A stretch of 63,439 nt of DNA, counting the filler, from Stramenopiles sp. TOSAG23-3 (Eukaryota): assembly GCA_900128585.1 (NCBI GenBank). It is 8 parts of 8 records of this genome, joined end to end, with 100 filler letters (N's around TTAATTAATTAA, not from the genome) between each part and the next. Parts side by side here need not be neighbours in the genome. Positions count along the whole stretch, not along the records: positions 20,082 to 30,017 come from LT642864.1; positions 30,118 to 40,047 come from LT642865.1; 6 more parts are not named here. One strand, written 5' to 3'. Under the pieces are notes generated by a model. The model made no database searches, was not told the origin of the DNA, and worked only from the letters and a program-made list of their open reading frames with translations. This document shows, in pieces, positions 20,444 to 30,456 of this stretch (within the stretch, counting starts at the first letter, position 1; every line of letters starts with the position of its first letter). The position numbers were made by a program, and so were the translations under genes.

Positions 20444-23347
20444 ATGATTAATGAAGCAACATTTGTAGAGCAAGGCCAGCTTGTCGCTTTCGAGCACAAC
20501 GGGGACGAAGTCCTGGGGATAATCGGTAAACAGCGAAAGGGCAACTTGCTTCAGATCACATTTTCTGCTGCAGTAAACGATGGCTTTGTTCACACAAAAA
20601 ACTCCGTCGAGACGAAGGAGCGTTCTATTTTCGTGCCGTCAGAACGGCTCTTTCCACGCAATGATAATAGGAAGGGCGATAACAGTCGAACGAATCGAAT
20701 TCGGAGAAAACTGGATCAAATTAACCGAAAATGTGAAAAAATGCTGAGCCTTTTAGACTTAGCGACAAGTTCGGGTGGGAAGAAGGCCATACGAGAATGC
20801 TTGAAGCGCGCGCACGAAGTCAGAGGGGCTCTGATCGAAAAGTTGCGATCGCGCGTTCCTTACTTTCAGGGAACAGTCCAATCTGGCGCGCTGCCAAACG
20901 ATCCATGGGTACCGTCTCATCGTTATTGCAATTACTTCTTCAGGTTGCACTTCCACGGTCCCGTCAATGGCGCCACGGACTCTTCGCCCTCTTGCAACAC
21001 GTTTTTCCGGGCAACTGTTACTAACCTTACTGAACATTTTGGGTGGAAGACGGCCAGTTCGATCGAGAACAAAAGCGTACTCGTTCGTGGAAACCAATTG
21101 CTACATGTTACACTGATGGAATCGGACTCCGACCTGCAACGTTTCGTTAATGGGTCGGCGTGGTCACGCACGGCACCCCATGGGTGTGACATTGTCATGT
21201 TTTGCGGTGCATCTGCCGAGAACGTGCAAAGCGAAGTCGAAGGGATAAACGCGTGGTCTGCCGATAAGTTTTCTGGCAGAATTCTATTTCCAATAATTTT
21301 GCTGCCAAAACACAACGACCACGGAGCGTGCAAAGACGGCGTAAGCATTCTCTCGGCTGAAAACTTCCAGAAATGCACTGCCTTTTTAGTTTCATTGTTT
21401 GCCGTCACCAGGAACGAGATAGGTATGTCACATTTCCAGGAAAATGCCGCCCCAGCATCAATAAGCAATATGTCCTCACAGCTGCACCTGGCGGAGAGAC
21501 TAGCCATATTTCGAGGAAGGTCAAGTTTGCTTCCGGAGCCATGGACAATACTACCAGAAGAAATGAGAGTCATGTTCAACAACACCGACAGCGGGTTGGA
21601 GGCATTCTACAACCCTAGCGATAACCGGGTGCAGGCGGTGTGGCCAGACAATATCCCAAGCAGGAGAGCCCGGCAACTCGCGAGCAATGTGGCATGTTCA
21701 GGGGGAAAGGGCGTGCGATCGCGGACACTGCTACCAAATTTGTTGCCTTTGCTGGTCGAAGCAGAATTAAGAGGTTGGGGGCCCTACGATAAGGACGGTA
21801 AACACCAGCATTGGGGTCCCGGAAAGGTGTCGTCGACGTCATGGATCACAGAGATACAGGCTCGACTCATGGACCGACCCGAGCTATTGCGAAACTTTTC
21901 AACGAAAGGCAATCCTATCGACGAGCTTAATCGGTGCAGAAAAATATATGACATTTTGGCGTTGCTTGTTGCCCAATCGTCTGACACTGGAGAAGGCCCA
22001 AGTCGCGAGAAGGATGTCCGACCGAATCTGATTGGCCGGGCACAAATAGAAATGGAAGCCCAAAGTTACAAACTCATTACCAAGGATCGTCAAGTACTAG
22101 AAGAGTGTGTAAAAGGGGCCCCACTGACACCCAAAGATGTGACCCAGTCGCTTGCAACCGGTAATTCAGAGGACGAAGACGGTGGACCTCGCGTACGCCT
22201 TTCGTACCCCGTTGAAAACAGGCAGACTGCCTGGGGAACGGAAGGCGCCAAGATCACGGACGTCCGAGCACTCATCAATGTGGACCAGATGGAACCATCC
22301 GTAATGGAAAATTTGAAAAAGATTGTCAGCATAGACCTACGAGATCAACAGCTGACGTCGTTCCCAATCAAACGAAGTGCGAAGAAAGAGACAAAGGTGG
22401 TTAGGGAAGCGCTGCAACTAGAATGGTACAAGCACCTTCTTTTCTTGGATGTTTCAAAAAATATGCTGGTTACCCTTCATCCTATTAGCTCCATGTCGTT
22501 AGTTTCCCTTAATCTGTCTCATAACAGGCTGAGGCGACTGCCAACGCTACTGCTGCCAAATTTGGAAGTTTTTGATGTTTCTCATAATTTGTTGCGTGGG
22601 CGCGTTGACTTCGCCCTTGGGATAGCAGATGCATTGACAAGTGATAAGACAGTAAAACGCGGAAAAGTGCGCATATTTAAAAACCTGGGGGCATTGGATT
22701 TGTCCAACAACCATTTTTCGTGGGAGTTGGAAGGGGTTCACTTGGCAGCAAACACGCTCAGCCGATCCATGCCTGTTTTACAAAATTTATTTCTCCACTG
22801 CAATCCATTTGTCTCTCGTGTCACCGCATCACGAAAGGCCGTCCTTCGCATACGGTCAATGTTTGTAAACTGTTTGCCACAACTAAAGGCGTTTACTCCC
22901 CCTTGCCAAGATAGCAAGGTAAAAACCTTGTTGCATGTGCAGCATAGCAGATTATCCGGTCGTGTATGGATGAAACCCGGAGCGGAATCGAACATAGATG
23001 ACGTCTCGAAAATTGGACAGGCACGGCAAGGGACATTTTGCGGGATAAGAAACGAGTACATGGGCACAGAATCCATCGCATTTACAAAGAATGGCTCTGT
23101 TCATGTTTGGGGTGATAAAAATTTACCCGAGAACAAACCGTCCCACTCTGAAACAAAAGTTATTGTCGAAACCGAGGATCATGCCGTGGCACTGTATGCG
23201 AAAGAGAGGCTGCTGAAGGAGATCCAGACCATTAGTAATAATTTGGAGAAGAACAATGCGGTGCCAACATCAAATCAACTTGCGACGAGCGTTTCAAAAG
23301 CTCTATACGGCCACGAACGCGGCATCAAATATGCGAAGGGTCCTTAA
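20444..23347 (+). CDS. Leucine-rich-repeat protein with possible WW-like motif; probably continues into the next ORF
   Basis: LFLDVSKNML, LVSLNLSHNRL, LEVFDVSHNLL, LGALDLSNNHF, LQNLFLHCNPF; start ambiguous (ATG 20327 or 20444). Confidence 0.8.
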   Translation: MINEATFVEQGQLVAFEHNGDEVLGIIGKQRKGNLLQITFSAAVNDGFVHTKNSVETKERSIFVPSERLFPRNDNRKGDNSRTNRIRRKLDQINRKCEKMLSLLDLATSSGGKKAIRECLKRAHEVRGALIEKLRSRVPYFQGTVQSGALPNDPWVPSHRYCNYFFRLHFHGPVNGATDSSPSCNTFFRATVTNLTEHFGWKTASSIENKSVLVRGNQLLHVTLMESDSDLQRFVNGSAWSRTAPHGCDIVMFCGASAENVQSEVEGINAWSADKFSGRILFPIILLPKHNDHGACKDGVSILSAENFQKCTAFLVSLFAVTRNEIGMSHFQENAAPASISNMSSQLHLAERLAIFRGRSSLLPEPWTILPEEMRVMFNNTDSGLEAFYNPSDNRVQAVWPDNIPSRRARQLASNVACSGGKGVRSRTLLPNLLPLLVEAELRGWGPYDKDGKHQHWGPGKVSSTSWITEIQARLMDRPELLRNFSTKGNPIDELNRCRKIYDILALLVAQSSDTGEGPSREKDVRPNLIGRAQIEMEAQSYKLITKDRQVLEECVKGAPLTPKDVTQSLATGNSEDEDGGPRVRLSYPVENRQTAWGTEGAKITDVRALINVDQMEPSVMENLKKIVSIDLRDQQLTSFPIKRSAKKETKVVREALQLEWYKHLLFLDVSKNMLVTLHPISSMSLVSLNLSHNRLRRLPTLLLPNLEVFDVSHNLLRGRVDFALGIADALTSDKTVKRGKVRIFKNLGALDLSNNHFSWELEGVHLAANTLSRSMPVLQNLFLHCNPFVSRVTASRKAVLRIRSMFVNCLPQLKAFTPPCQDSKVKTLLHVQHSRLSGRVWMKPGAESNIDDVSKIGQARQGTFCGIRNEYMGTESIAFTKNGSVHVWGDKNLPENKPSHSETKVIVETEDHAVALYAKERLLKEIQTISNNLEKNNAVPTSNQLATSVSKALYGHERGIKYAKGP

Positions 23348-23993
23348 AAAGGTGAGCATTGCCCGAATGGCAAAGGTTCTCTCCCGAATTGCTTACATAA
23401 ATCGCATGCAGCAAATGGTACCATCTTCTCAGACTGAGGCGATGGTGGCAGATGCGTTTCGTACATGGAAAATAGTGGATACCAGAGCAAAATGTGTCGT
23501 GCAGGCTGCCTACCGAGTGAAAGGCTTTCAAACTGTTCAGAAAATGAGAGCAATGAAAACCGTCATCAAATTGCTTCGAAGGCGTAAAAGTGATATCCTC
23601 GGGTGCGTCTTTGCACGGCTAAAATTCGCAACAGGAGCTGTAGTAATGCTTTCGAAAACTGAATCCAAACGCAAAGCCCTTGAAAGTTTAGAGACTACGA
23701 AGGCGGAGACGAAAAAGATTCGCAGCAACACGAACCATATGATGCGACGCTTCCGGAGCAACTTCAATGAGAAAGCAAATATCATAGAAGAGCTACTGCA
23801 AGAGCGACAGCAATTAGACAAAATCAAGCGTGATACGGAAATCATGAGGTTGAAAGCGGATGAACTTGCCCAGAAAATACGGGATTGGGAAAGCGGAAAA
23901 CGTACCTCAGATTTTCTACACTACGAAAATGTGGAAACTATGACTGCACGCGGCAAACCTTCGCAAAACAATATGGTTGTGGAGCTCATATAA
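23256..23993 (+). CDS. Basic helical/coiled-coil ORF overlapping the LRR ORF in the +1 frame (likely C-terminal part of the same gene)
   Basis: Coding-like composition with no AT-rich spacer or promoter before it; LRRAFQKL, ADAFRTWK and GCVFARLK helical repeats. Confidence 0.65.
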   Translation: MRCQHQINLRRAFQKLYTATNAASNMRRVLKKVSIARMAKVLSRIAYINRMQQMVPSSQTEAMVADAFRTWKIVDTRAKCVVQAAYRVKGFQTVQKMRAMKTVIKLLRRRKSDILGCVFARLKFATGAVVMLSKTESKRKALESLETTKAETKKIRSNTNHMMRRFRSNFNEKANIIEELLQERQQLDKIKRDTEIMRLKADELAQKIRDWESGKRTSDFLHYENVETMTARGKPSQNNMVVELI

Positions 23994-24108
23994 TAAAAAG
24001 AAGAAGAGCGATAAAGCAGCGTATGATGATGGTGTCTTCAGGTATTTTGTGCATATAAAGCGTGTATATCTATCGATCATATTAAGTTTTAATAAACAAT
24101 TAACAATC

Positions 24109-24399
24109 ATATTTTATACACAAGACGAGTTGTACACAGACATCTTTAACACTGTCGAGTATTTCCTTGAAGAGGGTTATGAACCTGTCGGAGCATCAGA
24201 ACAGAGAGCAGCGTTTAACTTATTATATGCATTCATTCATACGCATACGAGTACACCTGAGTCGCGATATGAAAAAATTGATGAATAATACATTGCTTAA
24301 GAGAAGGCATTTAAAACAATACATCACACAGCACTGTATTCCGAGTATCAACAGGCACTTACGCAGGTCTTTGACTCTTCATCGGACAGCGAGTCTTGA
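24109..24399 (+). pseudogene. Possible degraded ORF fragment with two in-frame TAA
   Basis: Frame reads IFYTQDELYTDIFNTVEYFLEEGYEP...EKIDE*YIA*EKAFKTIHHTALYSEYQQALTQVFDSSSDSES*; protein-like on both sides of the stops; no homology assigned. Confidence 0.3.
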
Positions 24400-24798
24400 G
24401 TGTATAATACCTGAGATCCTGAGATTCGTTTACTTTTGATACGATCAAGTACATTTCACGAACAAGCACATCAACACACATATATATGCCCCCGCCCCCC
24501 GCCTCCTTCTTCTTATAGAAAAATTATATTATTAGGAGAAGAAGAAGACGACTAAAAATTATTATTAATTATTATTAGAAAATAATGCGAGAAATATTTA
24601 TATTATTTATTTATCACGAAATCAAGCTGAGGAGGTCGTGCTGCGTTTTATTATTTACTAAAAGAATAAATAATAATAAAAAACATTTTTTTTGGCTCTG
24701 TTGTCAACGTGAACAAACTTAAGAAAGGATTCACAAAAGAAACTTTAACACTTTATTAGACACATTTGTTTACGCTACTCGCACACCCCCGAGCAACA

Positions 24799-26682
24799 AT
24801 GCAGGACGCTTTGCCTATCACGGAGCGCTCGAATGACCTCACCACATCGTTGGATATGCAAGACCCGTTGGGCATCGTCCGGCTTCTTCGTGGCTGTGAT
24901 GGGCAGCTGTTTTCTGGTTATCAGTCTTTTCCAGGTTTGACGGATAAATCAATCTTCTCTAGCATGCAATTCGTGTCCAAAAAAACTGCGGAAATAATAA
25001 GATCCGATAATGGGGTTGTAGTCATGAGCGGCTCTGGCACCAGTGGAAGAATTGCCTTTCTAGTTGCGAGGGATATGAACAGAGTCCTAGTAAACGCAGG
25101 CAAAAGGCCATGCTTCAAGTACTTGTGCTCCGGCGGTGACGCTGCTTTACTGCTGTCTGACGAACTCCCAGAAGACGACACGATAACAGCAGTGAAAGAT
25201 TTGTTATTGGTGACTTCCGAGCAGTCAGAAAAAGACGAAGTTTTAGTCATAGGAATCACGTGTGGAATGTCGGCCCCTTATGTCGCCGGGCAGCTTGACT
25301 ATGCTCTGGATATGTGCGAGAATACTTGGAATAATGCGATTGTTAAAGCGCCAGACAGTCCGCCAAAGTACACGTGTGCACTAGTAGGATTTAATCCAGT
25401 GGTATTTTCCCGGCCAAACCCTATCGAAATGTGGAGCAGTAGGCCAGAGAACCTCTCCAAAACTATGTTTGATGTTGTGCAACGTTTGCAGAAGGCCTCG
25501 TTTTCCAAGAAAAGAAACTTAAGGGATGAACCAGTACAAACTCACGCCATTCTTAATCCTGTGGTGGGCCCGGAAGCAGTGTGCGCATCATCTCGGATGA
25601 AAGGTGGGTCCGCAACCTTAATAATCTTGACGGCCTGCTTTGGTCCTGCCGTTGCTGCAGCAACGCAACAAACGCGTAAACTCTCGATAGCCAATGTTCT
25701 GGATGGAATGGAGAAGGCGTACCAGCGGACATACCTAGTGGCAAAGGAAATATCGAAAATCTTAGAAATGTGCGGGGAGTCTATTAAAAATGGGGGTCAT
25801 GTTTATTGGCTTGGAGAAGGCAGTGCAGGTATTTTGGGTTTTGTGGATGCGTCTGAAATGCCAGATACGTACGGAGCAGCATTTACTGAATTTCGTGGTT
25901 TTTGTGACAAGGGCTGGAGTGGCATCCAAACCGTGGAAGGAGACTTGTCAGACCGTGGAAGCTTGTATAGGATTTCCCTGGAACAGTTTGAAGACGACAT
26001 TTTTCCAAACCTAACTGCCTGTGATACTGTCATCGGACTGTACGCGCACGCGCTCGACTGCCATTGCCCGAACCGTGCTATCGAGGAGCTGTTGCTCAAA
26101 ATTGCAACAGAAAAGCAGAGCGTGTCCACTGCACGCGTGGTCTGTGGCCCTACACATCAAGAAAATGCCCATGCAGTGAACATGAACTGTTTCGTCGAAC
26201 TACCATCTACGGAGGCGGCATTTTTGAATGATTATGCTGCGTATTCCCAATTTAGTCTCAAACTTGTTTTGAATGCAATAAGCACAGGGGCCCAAATAAT
26301 GAAAGGCATGGTTTGCCAAAACCACATGATTAATACCGGGCCGACAAACAATAAGATATACCACCGCTGCATTCGACTAATCATGGAGTTTGCCAATGTC
26401 GGCGAGGAGGTTGCAACCCAGGCGTTATGGAAAGCTATCTATGAAGTCAACGATCTATCTGCGGCACCTGGAGACGCTCCAGTGCAGGACCGACCTCTAT
26501 CGGACCATATTCGAGCGGCAACCCCTGCCGAAGATGATGCAAGCCGGGGACAAGACCAAACCATACTTCCTCTTGCAATATTGATCGGGTCCGGGATGAC
26601 TGTCGAAAGTTCAAAGGCGGCGTTGGTCGAGCACAAAATTGTGCGGAAGGCTATTAACGCGAGCATCGGAAAGTCGGCGTAA
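24799..26682 (+). CDS. Glucokinase-regulatory-protein-like double-SIS protein (MurQ N-acetylmuramate-6-phosphate etherase family)
   Basis: PITERSNDLT, IVRLLRGCD, SGSGTSGRIAF, GITCGMSAPYVAG, LVGFNPV, GPEAVCASSRMKGGSAT, VDASEMPDTYG, KLVLNAISTGA, NNKIYHR; ATG at 24799. Confidence 0.92.
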   Translation: MQDALPITERSNDLTTSLDMQDPLGIVRLLRGCDGQLFSGYQSFPGLTDKSIFSSMQFVSKKTAEIIRSDNGVVVMSGSGTSGRIAFLVARDMNRVLVNAGKRPCFKYLCSGGDAALLLSDELPEDDTITAVKDLLLVTSEQSEKDEVLVIGITCGMSAPYVAGQLDYALDMCENTWNNAIVKAPDSPPKYTCALVGFNPVVFSRPNPIEMWSSRPENLSKTMFDVVQRLQKASFSKKRNLRDEPVQTHAILNPVVGPEAVCASSRMKGGSATLIILTACFGPAVAAATQQTRKLSIANVLDGMEKAYQRTYLVAKEISKILEMCGESIKNGGHVYWLGEGSAGILGFVDASEMPDTYGAAFTEFRGFCDKGWSGIQTVEGDLSDRGSLYRISLEQFEDDIFPNLTACDTVIGLYAHALDCHCPNRAIEELLLKIATEKQSVSTARVVCGPTHQENAHAVNMNCFVELPSTEAAFLNDYAAYSQFSLKLVLNAISTGAQIMKGMVCQNHMINTGPTNNKIYHRCIRLIMEFANVGEEVATQALWKAIYEVNDLSAAPGDAPVQDRPLSDHIRAATPAEDDASRGQDQTILPLAILIGSGMTVESSKAALVEHKIVRKAINASIGKSA

Positions 26683-26882
26683 AAGAGGTTGTTTGGGATA
26701 CACCGTATGACGGTAGTGCCCCAAGACCCAAGAAAGAAGTGTTAAACCCCCAGTAGCTCCGTAGGGCTGTAAAATACACGATTATAGGTTACCAACCACG
26801 TCGGTAGGTTGGTTTTTGCAAAATGTACTTACTCGTGCGAACTCTTATAAACATTTTTAATTTAAAATGTCTAAATCTAGAT

Positions 26883-26936
26883 TTCAGTTCGCAGTACATT
26901 AATTTTAATTACTTATCAGCCAATTTTCTTGTTTTT
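26883..26936 (-). repeat. 3'-end element copy downstream of DDX46
   Basis: Reverse complement AAAAACAAGAAAATTGGCTGATAAGTAATTAAAATTAATGTACTGCGAACTGAA, closely matching 57458-57515. Confidence 0.9.
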
Positions 26937-26982
26937 ATATGGAATTGAGGTGTTTTAACCCCAAAACCCAAACGCTCTCTTT

Positions 26983-29493
26983 TTACAAATTCATGATTGA
27001 TTTCAGACTACCCCCATGGCTGATTTGCCTGGTGCATTTGTCCAGAAGACGGTGTATTTCTTCTGTGCAAATGTTTAATTTGATCTTTGTCGGGGCTTCA
27101 ACGATGAGATGTAGTCGTTCTTCTCCAGCTACTAACTTTTTGCCGTCTGGGATAAATTGTCCACGTGACACGACGGCCGCCCCGTCGGCGATTTCTGCCA
27201 ATCTTCTGATCGTAGCTTTGTGCATGATAAATTGCCGAACCTCTTGAGGGTATGGGTTAATCTCTATCCTGGATTCGAAATGGACAAGTCCGCTTGTAGG
27301 CACTCGCTTCGCGCCTTTCGTTATTGACTCTGCTATGGCTCTGGCTTTTAATAGCCGTGAATCAATGCTTGAGGATTCGGATGCACTTTCGACGCGTTCT
27401 ACGTTGCCTTCGGTTTGCCCCGTACTTGCAGTTTTCCTTTTACCCTTTCCTTTGGTCGAATTTACCTCCGGCGTAGAATGCTCGTCCAATGCCGACAGAA
27501 ACTTTAATTTTTCGCGTTGCTGATAATGCTGCTCTTCTGTCATTTCTTCCCTCGCAAAGCTGAACCCTTTGGTAGCTTTATATTGGTTGATTGATTTACT
27601 GGCATCCCCGCTCTCTATTTTTTTGCGAAAGGAAGCGGCCATTGCAGAGACTTCCTCAGGCACATGCACACCACTTTTTTGGAGGGCCTTGACTATGTCG
27701 GGAGAAAACTTTTCGTCCGCTGGAGTCAAAAATGTGTAAGCGGTGCCGGAATTACCAGCTCTCCCAGTTCGTCCGATGCGGTGAACGTACTCTTCCATGT
27801 GGTTGGGGCAGCAAAAGTTCACCACTAACTTGAGTTCGGGGACATCTAGTCCTCTTCCAGCAACACCTGTCGCCACCATAATTGTACGCACTTGATTTGT
27901 AAAATCTTTAATTGTAAAGTCTCGATCGACTTGATCCTTCCCTCCATGCAAAGACAATGCCGGATACCCAACTTTACCGAGCTGATGGAACAGCTCATCG
28001 CAAAGCTTTTGCGTGTCAACGAAGATCAAAATGTTCCCTTTGTCTTGCCACTTTCCAAGAAGCTGCAATAAGCGTGGAAACCGCTCCGATACGGCATGCA
28101 GTTCTACTATTTGGGTAATGCTGTCGGCGGCAACGGATCGACCCCCAAGCGATATTGAGATGGGATTGTTCAGGGACCCCCGAGCTAACGCCTCTACATT
28201 GCGCGGAAATGTCGCTGAAAACAAGGCAACCTGTCGGTCTGGCCTTATATTGTTCAAAATCATTGTAATCTGTGGCTCAAACCCCATATCAAACATTCTA
28301 TCAGCCTCGTCTAGCACAACGAAGGTTACCCTTTTCAAACCCATGACGCGGCCCTTGTTCAACGATAGAATGTCAACAAGTCGCCCTGGGGTGCCAACTA
28401 CTATTTCCACCCCTCGCTTTACCGAAGCAATCTGTTCTTTCAAGCTGGCCCCACCGTAGGCACAAGTAACCCTAACGTTCTCTTCTTTGCACAACATCGC
28501 CGCTGTTTTGTATATCTGGACGGCCAGTTCCCGGGCCGGGGCCATAACCAGGGCGATGGGCCCTTCGCTTCCAGTCGAAGGCTGTTGGTCCCGCACGTGA
28601 CGAACCAGCGGTAACAAAAATGCCAGAGTTTTTCCCGACCCTGTTTTGGCCACACAGATAACGTCGTGCCCGCTCATTATGGCAGGGACCGCCTGTTTTT
28701 GAATTGAAAATGGGGTTTTGAAGCCTAAATTATGCAGCTGCCGAATGCACATGAGCGACAGCCCCGCTTTATCCCATACATCAATGGGTCCCGGGCAAAC
28801 GCCTTTCACAGTTAGGCCTATGGTTTTCCGCAATTGTTCTATGTCACCAGCTGCCCTCGAGTCCGAATCTAACAGAAAGCATTTCCGAAATGGCCGGTAA
28901 TCGACTTCGGAATGGTTGACAGGCACTATTTGCTTTCTTCGATTTTTCTCTTGCAAAGCATGCAATTCGTTATGCCGCGATTCCGCCGGGCCATCACCAG
29001 CGGGGCCATTGTTCCCCACATCCTCTTCGTAGTCGTAAAATTTCTTCGAGTCACTCTCTGCTATACCAGGCTTTCCGTCGTCAGCGAACAACAATTTCAT
29101 CTCGGCTGCATCCTTTTGTTCCTGGGCCTCAATGGTCTTCATAAATTCCGCGAGCGAATCTTTCTTACCACATGGTGCTTCTATATTCACCACCGCCTTG
29201 CTTAGCCTCCCCTGTTCGGGCCTCTTGCTGGCATTTTCTGACGCGTTCAAACCAACACCTGCTCCCCCCGCTTTCAGAAGGGAGCTGGTCGCCTTGCGAC
29301 GGCGATTCTTTTTCCTACTTTTTAAAGATGTGCTGTTCACTATTTTTGTCGACATGCTAAATGCGTTTTGTGCCAGCTTTACAGGGCCATGGGTCCCTGC
29401 CCGTTGCCTATCTTTCCACCGTTCGAGCCGCTCGAGCCGTAAGTGCTGTTCTCGCCCGTTCGCGCGCTTGAACGCGTACTTACGTGTCGACAT
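26983..29493 (-). CDS. DDX46: DEAD-box RNA helicase DDX46/Prp5
   Basis: VNHSEVDYRPFRKCF, AKTGSGKT, DEADRMFDMGFEPQ, SAT, LHGGKDQVDR, HRIGRTGRAG, and the Prp5-type KH-like tail IEINPYPQEVR...ERLHLIVEA. Confidence 0.95.
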   Translation of the reverse strand: MSTRKYAFKRANGREQHLRLERLERWKDRQRAGTHGPVKLAQNAFSMSTKIVNSTSLKSRKKNRRRKATSSLLKAGGAGVGLNASENASKRPEQGRLSKAVVNIEAPCGKKDSLAEFMKTIEAQEQKDAAEMKLLFADDGKPGIAESDSKKFYDYEEDVGNNGPAGDGPAESRHNELHALQEKNRRKQIVPVNHSEVDYRPFRKCFLLDSDSRAAGDIEQLRKTIGLTVKGVCPGPIDVWDKAGLSLMCIRQLHNLGFKTPFSIQKQAVPAIMSGHDVICVAKTGSGKTLAFLLPLVRHVRDQQPSTGSEGPIALVMAPARELAVQIYKTAAMLCKEENVRVTCAYGGASLKEQIASVKRGVEIVVGTPGRLVDILSLNKGRVMGLKRVTFVVLDEADRMFDMGFEPQITMILNNIRPDRQVALFSATFPRNVEALARGSLNNPISISLGGRSVAADSITQIVELHAVSERFPRLLQLLGKWQDKGNILIFVDTQKLCDELFHQLGKVGYPALSLHGGKDQVDRDFTIKDFTNQVRTIMVATGVAGRGLDVPELKLVVNFCCPNHMEEYVHRIGRTGRAGNSGTAYTFLTPADEKFSPDIVKALQKSGVHVPEEVSAMAASFRKKIESGDASKSINQYKATKGFSFAREEMTEEQHYQQREKLKFLSALDEHSTPEVNSTKGKGKRKTASTGQTEGNVERVESASESSSIDSRLLKARAIAESITKGAKRVPTSGLVHFESRIEINPYPQEVRQFIMHKATIRRLAEIADGAAVVSRGQFIPDGKKLVAGEERLHLIVEAPTKIKLNICTEEIHRLLDKCTRQISHGGSLKSIMNL

Positions 29494-29896
29494 ATTCCAC
29501 TAGATAGTGTGCGCCAAAGTGAACGTGTACGAACAGTATCTTTTCTTCCACTACAAGTATTTTTTTAACTTTTTTTAACTGCAAAGGCAATCGAAATTGT
29601 TTTCTTCTTCTTCTTTTTTTCTTTGTTAATCAAATCTTGCCTTTGTTGTTTATTGTAGATGCTTTGTTTGCTTTTACAAATACATCAACATTTCAATAGA
29701 AACGGAAACAAACAAAAACAAATGATGGGTGGACGGAGAAGGAAGAAGACGAAAGAAGAGAAGAGAAAAAAAAAAGAAGAAGAAGAAGAAGAAAGAAAAG
29801 AAGATGATGAGCAAAGCCACACAATACACAACACATCATAATGAGAAGATAAAATAGAATAGACTACAATATATCATATAATATAGGCATAGGCTA

Positions 29897-30017
29897 TAGA
29901 AGAAGAAAGAAGAAAGAAGAAAGAAGAAAGAAGAAAGAAGAAAGAAGAAAAAGAGAAGAAGAAAGAAGAAAGAAGAAAAAAGAAGAAAGAAGAAAGAAGA
30001 AAGAAGAAAGAAGAAAG
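29897..30017 (+). repeat. (GAAGAAA)n microsatellite at contig end
   Basis: Visible directly. Confidence 0.97.
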
Positions 30018-30117
30018 NNNNNNNNNNNNNNNNNNNNNNNNNNNNNNNNNNNNNNNNNNNNTTAATTAATTAANNNNNNNNNNNNNNNNNNNNNNNNNNN
30101 NNNNNNNNNNNNNNNNN
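30018..30117. other. Artificial contig linker
   Basis: 44N-TTAATTAATTAA-44N. Confidence 0.98.
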
Positions 30118-30264
30118 TAAAATTGTTTGAGACAGTGGGTATTATTGTTTTGTTGAGCCCTGGCTCTATCCCAAAACGTATTATGATGATCATAAATTTG
30201 ATGTTTATTTCCTGAAAACAAAATTAAAATGGCTGTTATATTGAATTTAAGTGTAAACAGAATG

Positions 30265-30402
30265 GAGTTCAGTTCGCCGTACATCTAATTTTAATTATTT
30301 AAATAACAGCCAATTTTTTGTTTTTAAATTTTCTGTTTTTAACACCCAATTTTTTGTGTTTAATTATCTTAAATAACAGCCAATTTTCTTGTTTTTATCT
30401 TA
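30265..30402 (-). repeat. Two 3'-end element copies downstream of the cytochrome b561 gene
   Basis: TAAATAACAGCCAATTTT at 30300 and 30370; the first extends to GAGTTCAGTTCGCCGTACAT. Confidence 0.9.
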
Positions 30403-30456
30403 TGATAAAAGAAATAGTTGTTTCTCAAGTTTTACGAGTAGTGTTTTTTATTTGTC

